Source: a virus (Duplodnaviria; Caudoviricetes). From it: a stretch of 58,100 nt of DNA. Shown in pieces: positions 1-8,820 of the stretch (its first letter is position 1; every line of letters starts with the position of its first letter). A model generated the notes under the pieces. That model had not been told where the DNA came from and ran no database searches. It saw nothing but the letters and a program-made list of their open reading frames with translations. Both the position numbers and the translations under genes were made by a program. The stretch spans positions 1 through 58,100 of the IMG/VR virus record IMGVR_UViG_3300049098_000053; one strand, given 5' to 3'.

Positions 1-127
1 CCGCCTCATCTGGGGCGGTCCCCGTTTGTTTATGGAGATAGTCAATGACAGATGCAGCTGAAAAGCTCGACGACCTCGACACCGAGGAAACTCCCGCGCA
101 GGAAACAGAAGCCACTGAGGTCCCTGA
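1..127. repeat. Terminal direct repeat, copy 1 (circular assembly overlap)
   Basis: 1-127 is identical to 57974-58100 (ccgcctcatctgggg...gaggtccctga). Confidence 0.97.
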
Positions 128-554
128 ATCAGTCAAGCCGATTGGTCTCAATCGTTTCGGCCTCGCAGCTGAAAAGCGCAATCACTACCTGATCAACGTG
201 CCGCATGGCACAGATCCGCAACTCGCTCTCGAGCCAGACTTCTACTCGCACATCGCGAGGCATCTGGGCCGCGGCGACATAGTGACGATTGAACCTGACG
301 ACTTGGCGTGGGAGATGAGCGTCAAAGTCCTGGACATGGGCCACAACTGGGCCAACGTCCGGATCCGAGAGATGTTCAAGTACGGCGAGTTCGAGGTCGC
401 TCCGGAGACCCCTCGAGAGTACAAAATCGAGTGGGCCGGTCAGACCGACAAGTTCCGTGTGGTGTTCAAGGGCGAAGTCATCAAAAAGGGCTTTGCTACC
501 AACGCTCTCGCGGGCCAATTCGCCGCGAATCACGCTCAGGCTCTCAAGCGGTAG
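45..554 (+). CDS. Hypothetical phage protein (between capsid and tail genes)
   Basis: GGAG RBS upstream; 169 aa with acidic N-terminus; operon position. Confidence 0.8.
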   Translation: MTDAAEKLDDLDTEETPAQETEATEVPESVKPIGLNRFGLAAEKRNHYLINVPHGTDPQLALEPDFYSHIARHLGRGDIVTIEPDDLAWEMSVKVLDMGHNWANVRIREMFKYGEFEVAPETPREYKIEWAGQTDKFRVVFKGEVIKKGFATNALAGQFAANHAQALKR

Positions 555-605
555 CCGAGCAAGGACGGTCATTTGCGCAGGGATGCGCAGGCTTAGGAGG
601 AAGCA

Positions 606-1250
606 ATGCCGAGCAAGCTGAGTATCTACAACGGGGCGCTCACAATTATTGGCGAGCGACGCCTCGCATCCCTCTCTGAGAATCGCGAGCCGCGCTACAA
701 GCTCGACGAGATCTGGGACAACGAAATGGTCGATCGCGTCCTGCAGATGGGCCAGTGGAAATTCGCCAAGCGCACGGTCGAGCTCACAGCCAGTCCATCG
801 GTGACGCCGTCATTCGGCTATCAGTTCGCATTTGAGCAGCCGAGCGACTTCAAGCGGACGATGGCGGTGGCGCATGACGAGTATTTCAATATCCCGATCA
901 CGCGCTACTCGGTCGAGGGCTCATTCTGGTTCTGCGATCAGGAGCAGATCTACGTCGCCTACGTGTCCAACGATGCGCAGTTCGGTGGCGATATGTCTCT
1001 CTGGCCGCCGAATTTCACCGAAATGGTCGAGCACTACATGGCGTGGAAAGTCGCGCCCAGGATCGCCGGCATTGACATCTCGGACAAGCGACTGGGCCGT
1101 CAGTGGAAAGCGATGCTCGCTGATGCCAAGGCAACGGACGCCATGGAGTCTCCGGCCAAGTTCGCACCGCAGGGCGGGTGGGCAAGATCCCGAAAAGGGT
1201 TCCGCGGAGGCAACAGAGAACGCGGAAACCGTAGCCAGCTGATCGGCTAA
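606..1250 (+). CDS. Tail tubular protein A / adaptor (T7 gp11-like)
   Basis: SKLSIYNGALTIIGE N-terminus, W.FA.R and F.YQF..P.D motifs; AGGAGG RBS; precedes tubular B. Confidence 0.82.
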   Translation: MPSKLSIYNGALTIIGERRLASLSENREPRYKLDEIWDNEMVDRVLQMGQWKFAKRTVELTASPSVTPSFGYQFAFEQPSDFKRTMAVAHDEYFNIPITRYSVEGSFWFCDQEQIYVAYVSNDAQFGGDMSLWPPNFTEMVEHYMAWKVAPRIAGIDISDKRLGRQWKAMLADAKATDAMESPAKFAPQGGWARSRKGFRGGNRERGNRSQLIG

Positions 1251-4060
1251 TGACGGACCAAGACACACAAATCCTCGCCTTTAACCGTGGGGTGCTTGAT
1301 TCGATAGGGCTCGCCCGTATCGACATCGAGCGGTACTCATTCGCGGCCGCTCTGCAGCGCAACTGGGTGCCTCGGGTCCTCGGATCAATGATGATCCGAC
1401 CGGGCCTGAAATACATCGACACGATGGCGGTGAGCCAAGGGCTCAATCTGGTGCGCCAGATGCCGTTCATCTTCGAGGAGGACGATACCGCTCTCCTCGA
1501 GTTCGGTGTCGGGTCCTACATGCAGGTCCGCATAAACGATGTGCTCCTCGAGCGGCCCACAGTCTCGAGCACGATCGCAAACGGCAATTTCATCGATGCC
1601 GACAACACATCGCCGCCGACCAGCTGGTCGGTCGACGACGATTCTGGTTGCGACTCGTTTGTGCTGGACAACGATCTCGAGCTCCGCGGATCCGGCGAGG
1701 GCTTTGCCCGCTGCTACCAAACGATCTCGGTTGCCGGCCCAGATCTCGGCGTCGAGCATGGCATCCGTATTGGCGTCCTCCAAGGGACGGCCGTGCTGCG
1801 CATCGGTAGCACGGTGGGCGACGATGACATTTTCAGCGCGACCCTGGATACCGGGGACCACCATATCTCGTTCGAGCCGCTTGGCGATTTCACGATCCAG
1901 CTGTCGAACGACAAGGAATTCAACACGATCGTCTCGTTCTGTCTCATGGAATCAGGCGTCGTGAACATGGGCACCGGCTGGTCGACTGAGGATCAGGTTC
2001 GTTCGGTGCGGTGGGACCAGTCTGGCGATCGGATCTATACGGCCGCCGATGGCCTGCCGAATCTCACGATCGAGCGCCGCGGCGATGGACGCTCGTGGTC
2101 AATCGTCGAGTTTGACAAGACGGCCAACAAGGGACCATTCAAGACGCTCAACACGAGCGCAATCACGCTCCGGCCTAGCGCCATCCAAGGCGACTACGAT
2201 CCGTTCGGTGGCGGCACCTATGTCACCCTGACGGCCGAATCAGATGGCAGCCCGGTGTCATTTTTCAACTCGCAAATGCGAGGGCATCTGTTCCGACTGC
2301 AGAGCGAGGGCCAGACCGTAACCGACTCACAGGGGAGCGGGGTCGAGGTCAGTACCCTGCCGATCCGAGTGACCGGGTCAGATAACGCTCGGCTGTTCGG
2401 CATTACGATCGAGGGGGCACCGGCATTTGTCGCCACGGCCAAGCTGCAGTTCTCATTCAGTGAGACCGGGCCATGGAACGACACCGGCGTCGAGTTCACC
2501 ACGGCCACATCGACGTCCTACCTTGACGGTCAGGACGGCCAGACCATTTTCTATCGCCTGCTTGCCGAGGCTGGTGACTGGACATCCGGCACCATGACGA
2601 TGACGCTGATTTTCACCGGCGGCACCAGACAAGGACTTTGCCGGATTCGATCGATCGTGTCCGATAGCGTGGCCAACATCAGCATCCTCGAGCCATTCGG
2701 ATCCATCGACGCTCAAAAAGACTGGTGGAGGGGTGAATGGGGCAACACGGAGAAGTGGCCCAATTCGGTCGCGGTCCATGAGGGCCGCCTGTTCTGGGGC
2801 GGCGAGGATCGCATCTGGGGCTCTGTGTCCGACGACTTCGAGAACCACGACGACAACACCGAGGGCGACTCTGGCCCGATCAACCGCACGATCGGCTCAG
2901 GCGCTATCCGCGTGATCAACTGGATGCTCTCGATGGCCCGCCTGATGATGGGCACGTCCGAGAATTCAGCCAACATCGCGGCGATCAGGCTGGATGGCAA
3001 CAACCCGCTGTCGGCCAGATCCTCGAATTTCGACGAGCCGCTGACGCCGTTCAATTTCAACATCAAGACTGTGAATTCGCGTGGCGCTTTCGTCGATCGC
3101 ACTCGCCAGCGGCTATTCGAGCTCGTGTACGACATCGACATCCAGGACTTCAAGCCCGTGGATCTCTCGATTTTTACGCCTAGCTTCAACCGGGTAGGTA
3201 TCAAACAAATCGCCGTGCAGATGAAGCCGGACATCCGGATCCATTGCGTCCGCGAGGACGGCACTGTGGGCATGTTCGTCTACGATCGCACCGAGAACGT
3301 CATGGCGTGGGTGGACATCGAGCTCGGCGGCGTCGGCAACTGGAACGTCGAGGACGTCGCAGTTCTGCCGGGGACCGTCGAGGATCAGGTCTACTACACC
3401 GTCGAGGCGTTCAATGGCGTCACAGGCGAGGAGCGGTATCTGCTGAAATGGAGCCTCGAGGAGGAGGCTATTGGCGGCCTGAACAACTACATGGCTGATG
3501 CGTGGTTGCAGTACGATGGCGTCCCGATCGACACCATGACCGGGCTGGATCATCTGGCCGGCCTCGAGGTCTGCGTCTGGGCTGATGGCGCCTATGTCGG
3601 CAACGGCACGGTCACTCAGTTCGGCACACCGGGCGAGCTCGATCTTGGCTCCCTGACGCTCAACGGCGATCCCAGTGACGCCAGCCAGTCATCAAACGTC
3701 ATCGTGGGCCTGCAGTACACGGCCCAGTTCCAGTCGACCAAGCTGGCAACGCTGCAGCGCATTGGTCTGATGGAGCATAAAAAAGTGAACAAGCTCGGAT
3801 TCATTGCCGAGAACCTGCATCACAAGGGCATTCAGTACGGGCCTGATTTCACAAATCTGTATGATCTTCCCGAGGTCGAGGGGGGTCAGGTTGTCGCAGG
3901 CGATTTTGTCTGGGACGAATATCACGAGGAGCAATTCCCATTCGGTGGCGAGTGGGATGTGGATTCAAGAATATGCTTGCAAGGTCAGAGCCCGAAGCCA
4001 GCTACTATCCTGGCGGCGATTGCAGAGTTCCAGTCGGTCGAGAAGCTGCGCCGTCAGTAA
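1250..4060 (+). CDS. Tail tubular protein B / nozzle (T7 gp12-like)
   Basis: AFNRG start, WPNSVAVHEGRLFWGG, ENVMAW, GLDHLAG motifs; 936 aa; coupled to the upstream gene. Confidence 0.82.
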   Translation: MTDQDTQILAFNRGVLDSIGLARIDIERYSFAAALQRNWVPRVLGSMMIRPGLKYIDTMAVSQGLNLVRQMPFIFEEDDTALLEFGVGSYMQVRINDVLLERPTVSSTIANGNFIDADNTSPPTSWSVDDDSGCDSFVLDNDLELRGSGEGFARCYQTISVAGPDLGVEHGIRIGVLQGTAVLRIGSTVGDDDIFSATLDTGDHHISFEPLGDFTIQLSNDKEFNTIVSFCLMESGVVNMGTGWSTEDQVRSVRWDQSGDRIYTAADGLPNLTIERRGDGRSWSIVEFDKTANKGPFKTLNTSAITLRPSAIQGDYDPFGGGTYVTLTAESDGSPVSFFNSQMRGHLFRLQSEGQTVTDSQGSGVEVSTLPIRVTGSDNARLFGITIEGAPAFVATAKLQFSFSETGPWNDTGVEFTTATSTSYLDGQDGQTIFYRLLAEAGDWTSGTMTMTLIFTGGTRQGLCRIRSIVSDSVANISILEPFGSIDAQKDWWRGEWGNTEKWPNSVAVHEGRLFWGGEDRIWGSVSDDFENHDDNTEGDSGPINRTIGSGAIRVINWMLSMARLMMGTSENSANIAAIRLDGNNPLSARSSNFDEPLTPFNFNIKTVNSRGAFVDRTRQRLFELVYDIDIQDFKPVDLSIFTPSFNRVGIKQIAVQMKPDIRIHCVREDGTVGMFVYDRTENVMAWVDIELGGVGNWNVEDVAVLPGTVEDQVYYTVEAFNGVTGEERYLLKWSLEEEAIGGLNNYMADAWLQYDGVPIDTMTGLDHLAGLEVCVWADGAYVGNGTVTQFGTPGELDLGSLTLNGDPSDASQSSNVIVGLQYTAQFQSTKLATLQRIGLMEHKKVNKLGFIAENLHHKGIQYGPDFTNLYDLPEVEGGQVVAGDFVWDEYHEEQFPFGGEWDVDSRICLQGQSPKPATILAAIAEFQSVEKLRRQ

Positions 4061-4413
4061 CGTGGCGCCGCGCGAGCGCGGACGACATCGTCCAGATGTA
4101 CGGTGCGCCCTATCCGTTCACGGTTAGGGCCAATGCCGTGCTGCTCGATGACGAAGTGGTCGGAATTATCGGTGTGGCCAAGCATCCCGAGTGGGGCATT
4201 TTCTTCACTGATTACAGGGAAGATCTGCAGCCACATCTGAGTTCGGTTACGATATGGCGGTGCATCAAGGACGCAATGAAGATTGTCGAAGGATACGCAG
4301 GCCCGCTGCTCTCTCAGGCCTCTAACGTCGAGGGCTGTATCAATCTGAATCGGCTCGGGTTTTTTCATTTGCACGGAGCGTGGTACGGATGGCCCAAGCA
4401 GTCCCATTCATAA
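3973..4413 (+). CDS. GNAT-like internal virion protein A (gp13-like); start uncertain
   Basis: C-terminal LNRLGF motif and position after the nozzle; available start codons overlap the 3' end of tubular B. Confidence 0.55.
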   Translation: MLARSEPEASYYPGGDCRVPVGREAAPSVTWRRASADDIVQMYGAPYPFTVRANAVLLDDEVVGIIGVAKHPEWGIFFTDYREDLQPHLSSVTIWRCIKDAMKIVEGYAGPLLSQASNVEGCINLNRLGFFHLHGAWYGWPKQSHS

Positions 4414-4943
4414 TAGCCGCTGTCGCCGCTGTCGGTCAGGGTGTCGCGGCGTACAAGAAGTCGCAATATCACACCAAGCAGGCCAAGGCCTCGATGGAGG
4501 CCAAGAATCGTCGCATGGCAGCTGCGACCCGTGAGGCTGCAGAGGAGCGCCGCAGAGCCCAATTCATAAGATCTCGAGCTCGCGCGGTCGCTGCATTCTC
4601 AGGAGGCGGCACCGATGCCGGCATGGTCAAGGTGTTTGCGGATCTCGCGGCCGAGGGTGAATACAGGGTGCTCTCGCGTGTCTGGCAGGGCCAGAACGAC
4701 GCGCAGGGATTGATCGCTCAGTCCGAGGCTAACTTCAAGGCTGCTCGAGACGCTAAGGTCATGGGCGTATTCAACTCGATCACGTCTGCCTTTGCTGCTT
4801 ACAGTGGTGCTGGTGGTGGTGCTAATCCGAATCCCGGCGCCGGCGCGACCAACTTCTCGTCATCTTCTGCACCGCAAATGAGCCCGATACAGGGCTATCA
4901 GGACGTAGGCAAGCTCTGGCTTGGTCCTGCGCCATCGGGGTAA
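4389..4943 (+). CDS. Small ejection/internal virion protein (gp14-like)
   Basis: Hydrophobic Ala/Gly N-terminus, coiled coil, RAVAAFSGGG motif, position. Confidence 0.7.
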   Translation: MAQAVPFIIAAVAAVGQGVAAYKKSQYHTKQAKASMEAKNRRMAAATREAAEERRRAQFIRSRARAVAAFSGGGTDAGMVKVFADLAAEGEYRVLSRVWQGQNDAQGLIAQSEANFKAARDAKVMGVFNSITSAFAAYSGAGGGANPNPGAGATNFSSSSAPQMSPIQGYQDVGKLWLGPAPSG

Positions 4944-4946
4944 CAG

Positions 4947-6389
4947 ATGACTCAGCAGAATTTCCGGCAGGATTCATTCGTCGAGGGGCTGGCGATCAAG
5001 GCCCCTGTCAAGGTAGCGACCAATGCACCGATAACGCTATCCGGCGAGCAAACCGTCAATTCCGTCCCGCTGTTGGTTGGCGATCGCGTCCTCGTCAAGG
5101 ATCAGGCCGACCCTGCCGAGAATGGCATCTACGTGGTGCAAACCTCAGCGTGGACTCGGGCTGGCGATTTCGACGGCAGCCGCGATGTGGTTGGCGGTAC
5201 ACTGGTCCCGGCTTACGCGGTAGCAGGCCCAGGGTTCATCCAGTACATCGTTGCCGGCGACGGCGATGCTGTCGTGCCGACAGTCGACAACATCAATTTC
5301 ACGCTGTTCTACGACCCTAATGCGGGCGGCGGCGCGACACTCCCGATCTCGACCAATGAGAACAATTCGCTGAGGGCCGACAATGCCGGTGGATGGGAGG
5401 AGACCGACACGGTCCGGATCACCAATGCTGGCGAGGTATTCTGGAATTACGAGAGCGCCAGCCAGTACGGCTTGCTCGGCCCGGGCACCGCTGATGGTCG
5501 CAGGATCTCGACGCAGGGCGGTAGTCTCGAGCTCATCGCTGACGGTGGCCTCGCGCAGGTTGTTATCTTCGGCGGCTCGAACCTTTCGATCATCGATGAT
5601 GGCGTGATCTACATGGAGGAGACGGCCGACCACGACACCGTGCTCGTCGGTACTGGCCAGTTCTGGGTTAGGTCCTCGGACGGCGCCCCGATGTTCACGG
5701 ATAGCTCGAGCGTCGATTTCCAGCTGAATACGTCTCCGACATTCAGCCCGCCACTGGTGTTGCTCGACGACGAGCAGATCGAATTCGGCACTGGCACCGA
5801 TGTCATCATGGAGTACGACTCGACGATCTCCGGCATCCTCGTCGACCCTGTAACGACTTCCGTGCCGTTCGCGTTCAATAACGGCATGGAGCTCAGGTTC
5901 TACAATCAGATTGGCAGCCAGTACATCGGCCTCGAGAATCAGGGCATCCTCGGCTTCAACGATCTGGTCATGTCGGCCAGCGGTGGCACGTCGAATTTCA
6001 GCTACGAGGTCGGCGCGTGGGATCACAACGACAACCGATTCCTGCGTCCGGTGCTCGACGATTACGCGATCCAGCACCAGACGGCCGGCTCGGTCTCGAA
6101 CGTCTTGGACATCGATTTCGAGGATGGCAATTCGGCCTACGTGGCCCTGACTGAGAACGTCACCACGATGACGCTCTCGAATCCTCCTGCTTCTGGCCGG
6201 CTTGGCCAGCTGGAAATTGAGATCCTGCAGGACTCCGTCGCGCGCACGATCGCGTGGCCCGCTTCCGTGCTGTGGCCCGGGGGCACGGCACCGGATCTCT
6301 CGACCACCAACTCCCGGCACTTGGTCCATCTGCGCACACGCGATGGCGGCACCACGTATCTCGGGACCTACCTCGAGAACTTCTCGTAA
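4947..6389 (+). CDS. Short tail fibre-like protein (paralogue of 25379-29830)
   Basis: N-terminal VATNAPITLSGEQT..GDRVLVKDQ..ENGIY and C-terminal QDSVARTIAW..GGTAP..DGGTTY domains shared with the long fibre. Confidence 0.75.
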   Translation: MTQQNFRQDSFVEGLAIKAPVKVATNAPITLSGEQTVNSVPLLVGDRVLVKDQADPAENGIYVVQTSAWTRAGDFDGSRDVVGGTLVPAYAVAGPGFIQYIVAGDGDAVVPTVDNINFTLFYDPNAGGGATLPISTNENNSLRADNAGGWEETDTVRITNAGEVFWNYESASQYGLLGPGTADGRRISTQGGSLELIADGGLAQVVIFGGSNLSIIDDGVIYMEETADHDTVLVGTGQFWVRSSDGAPMFTDSSSVDFQLNTSPTFSPPLVLLDDEQIEFGTGTDVIMEYDSTISGILVDPVTTSVPFAFNNGMELRFYNQIGSQYIGLENQGILGFNDLVMSASGGTSNFSYEVGAWDHNDNRFLRPVLDDYAIQHQTAGSVSNVLDIDFEDGNSAYVALTENVTTMTLSNPPASGRLGQLEIEILQDSVARTIAWPASVLWPGGTAPDLSTTNSRHLVHLRTRDGGTTYLGTYLENFS

Positions 6390-6847
6390 TGCCGCTCCTG
6401 GGTGGCGCAGGCAAGATGGGCGCAGGGGTTGCTTCCGGCGATCCTCGTTTCACGAATGACCCTTACAACGTCCAGAGCTTTACGATGCCGCCGACCGAGC
6501 CAGATGCTTTGGCCGGGATTGAGATTGATGCTGACGGCGGCATCGAGTCGTTCCTGAGCTCGGTAGAGGGTGGCAATCAGGGTGACATCGGCCGGTGGGA
6601 TAACGGCCTCGGTACGCTGGACATCGCAGACTACGACTTTCGGTTCGATGTCACGTCTGGCGCGGTCAACGGCATTAGCTTCGCTGCGAACACATGGCAT
6701 CCAGGGTCGGGAGGATTGATAAACTTTAGTGTTACGGAGAATTTCGGAGTCCAGACTGCAACTGGTACGCTACGCATGCGGCCAGCCGGAGGCGGGGCTG
6801 ATATTGATACCGCGAGCCTGACTCTTGGCGCTGAGAGGACACCATAA
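6389..6847 (+). CDS. Putative fibre-tip adhesin / receptor-binding subunit
   Basis: Coupled to the fibre stop (TAATG); beta-rich; resembles the C-terminal part of 29830-30570 (IADYDFR vs VADYDTR). Confidence 0.55.
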   Translation: MPLLGGAGKMGAGVASGDPRFTNDPYNVQSFTMPPTEPDALAGIEIDADGGIESFLSSVEGGNQGDIGRWDNGLGTLDIADYDFRFDVTSGAVNGISFAANTWHPGSGGLINFSVTENFGVQTATGTLRMRPAGGGADIDTASLTLGAERTP

Positions 6848-8820
6848 TGCCCAGACTACCTGACGTAACAGATTTCGGAGCGCGGCCAAGCATGCGCAGT
6901 AACCGCGTGGATCCGGTGCACCCCGAGGGCGTCGAGGTTGCTGAGGCGATCTCGAATGCGGCGATCGTGTTTGCTGAGGCCTACGGCGCGAAGCAACAAA
7001 AGGACAGCAGGATCCATTACGCGCTGGCCAAAAACGAGGTCATGGCGCTGGACCTGCAAGTCCGGCAAGGTCTCAAGGAGCGTCAGGATTTCGAGAATTT
7101 CGACGAGGCGTACCAGACTGAGTTCACCACTGGCTACGACGAGATCCGTAGCCGGCATGACCGACTAACCGGAGAAGATGCGGCGCTGTTCTCGTCGGAG
7201 GTTGACCTGATCCGCGAGCGCGGACGTGCAGCGGTGTCTGAGTTTGCCAAGGGCCTCGAGGTCGATCAGGGCCGAGCAGACACGGAAACGGCTCTGCAGC
7301 AATTCACTGAATTTGCCCACATGACCGAGGGCGAGGAGCGCAACGGCTACATCCTGCAGGGCCTCGAGACAATCAAGGCCGCTGAGGAGGAGGGCTGGTT
7401 TACCGAGCAAGAGAGCGAGGAGCTCGGGCAGATATTCACGACGACGCTTGCGACCGACTCACTCGGCAACATGGAGCCGGAGGCTCGGCTCGAGGAGATC
7501 CAGCTGGCAATCCTGTGGCGCGAGAAACGAGGCGCCCCATTGTCTGCGGAGGATGCTGCAAACGACTTGGGCTCTGGCTCGATCGGTGATTACGTTCCGC
7601 TGCATGTGCTCCGCAAGATGGAGTCCCAGACCGAGGACGAGATTGAGCTCGAGAACGTGCAGGGCATGGCCACAGAGGCTAATGCCTCGGCGTGGGGCAT
7701 GTATCCTGACAAGCTGGACGATCGCCAGCGCCGCCAGCACATTCGCGAGACTCTGAGCGACAACCCCGCAGCCATGAAGGAAGCCCTGTCGCTGAATGCG
7801 ACCGAGCAAGCGGCCCGTGCCAACGAGGAGGTCATCGAGCGATCTGAATACTCTCGCAGCCTGACCAATTCGCTGTACGAGACTGACGGCCGAGCTCAGC
7901 TGGATACAGGCATGCTTTCCAAGCTGAATCGCACCGAGCAAAAGGCGGTTCGAGACCTGCAGAAGCGGCTCCTCGAGGGCAATGAATGGGCCGAGTCAAC
8001 GGACTGGGAGGCGTGGGAAGCGTGGGATCAGATGACCGACGCACAAAAGGCCGCCACTTCGTTCGACATCAACACGGATCCACAGAACGAGGAGGAGGCG
8101 AAACAGGGTTACTACGAGACCACGGGGGCCCTGGGTGAGCCGGTGCTCATTCCGTGGAAAGCAATCGTCTCTGTCGATCGTGCTCGCTATATGTCGGCCG
8201 ATCGGGCCGATGCTGAGAAGCGGTTACAGGCCGGTGGCGCAGCGGATCACGTTGGTAGCCTCAGTCAGGAGCAGTTGCTCGACCGAGCTCTGATTGACTC
8301 GCCATTCTTCGATCGCAAGCCCACAGCAGCCAAGAGCGATGACGATATTCGCGGCGACTGGATGCGGATTTCTGATCGGTACAACAGGCGGCTGGTTGAG
8401 CTCCACGATGCCGGCGTCGTGATCGACGACACAAAACGCTATGAGGTCATTGCCGACATCATGGTCAAGGAGGTCAGTGTCCGGCAGACCGGCCCCGATG
8501 AGGAGACCCTGTTCGCAGCCCTGCAGCGCGGTGAGTTCGAGGAGGGCTACATCCCGCTCAAGAAGGAAATTACGATCGTTCCCGGCGAGCCGAAAGTGTC
8601 ACTGGCCGGAGCCTACATGCGGATCCCTGAGAGATATGGCGGCAGCCCGACTGGCCAGAACGAATATGTGCACGACTGGATCAAGAAGCGCATTGCTTCA
8701 ACGCATGCTGAGCCCGTTGAAGATGTCGACACGGACGAGATCGAGGAGGTTTGGTTCTATCTGGTTACACAGGGTTGGGACGCAGCTGAAAGCCGCATCA
8801 ATCGCAAGCAAGGTTTCTAA
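6847..8820 (+). CDS. Internal virion/ejection protein (gp15-like position)
   Basis: MPRLP start, 657 aa, helical and acidic, precedes the large ejection protein. Confidence 0.65.
   Translation: MPRLPDVTDFGARPSMRSNRVDPVHPEGVEVAEAISNAAIVFAEAYGAKQQKDSRIHYALAKNEVMALDLQVRQGLKERQDFENFDEAYQTEFTTGYDEIRSRHDRLTGEDAALFSSEVDLIRERGRAAVSEFAKGLEVDQGRADTETALQQFTEFAHMTEGEERNGYILQGLETIKAAEEEGWFTEQESEELGQIFTTTLATDSLGNMEPEARLEEIQLAILWREKRGAPLSAEDAANDLGSGSIGDYVPLHVLRKMESQTEDEIELENVQGMATEANASAWGMYPDKLDDRQRRQHIRETLSDNPAAMKEALSLNATEQAARANEEVIERSEYSRSLTNSLYETDGRAQLDTGMLSKLNRTEQKAVRDLQKRLLEGNEWAESTDWEAWEAWDQMTDAQKAATSFDINTDPQNEEEAKQGYYETTGALGEPVLIPWKAIVSVDRARYMSADRADAEKRLQAGGAADHVGSLSQEQLLDRALIDSPFFDRKPTAAKSDDDIRGDWMRISDRYNRRLVELHDAGVVIDDTKRYEVIADIMVKEVSVRQTGPDEETLFAALQRGEFEEGYIPLKKEITIVPGEPKVSLAGAYMRIPERYGGSPTGQNEYVHDWIKKRIASTHAEPVEDVDTDEIEEVWFYLVTQGWDAAESRINRKQGF

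Noticed and set aside
5145-6329. Long antisense ORFs (also 18041-19030, 38778-39761, 41127-42212, 47232-48182)
   Set aside because: Shadow frames of GC-rich genes with clear motifs on the opposite strand; no RBS or motifs of their own
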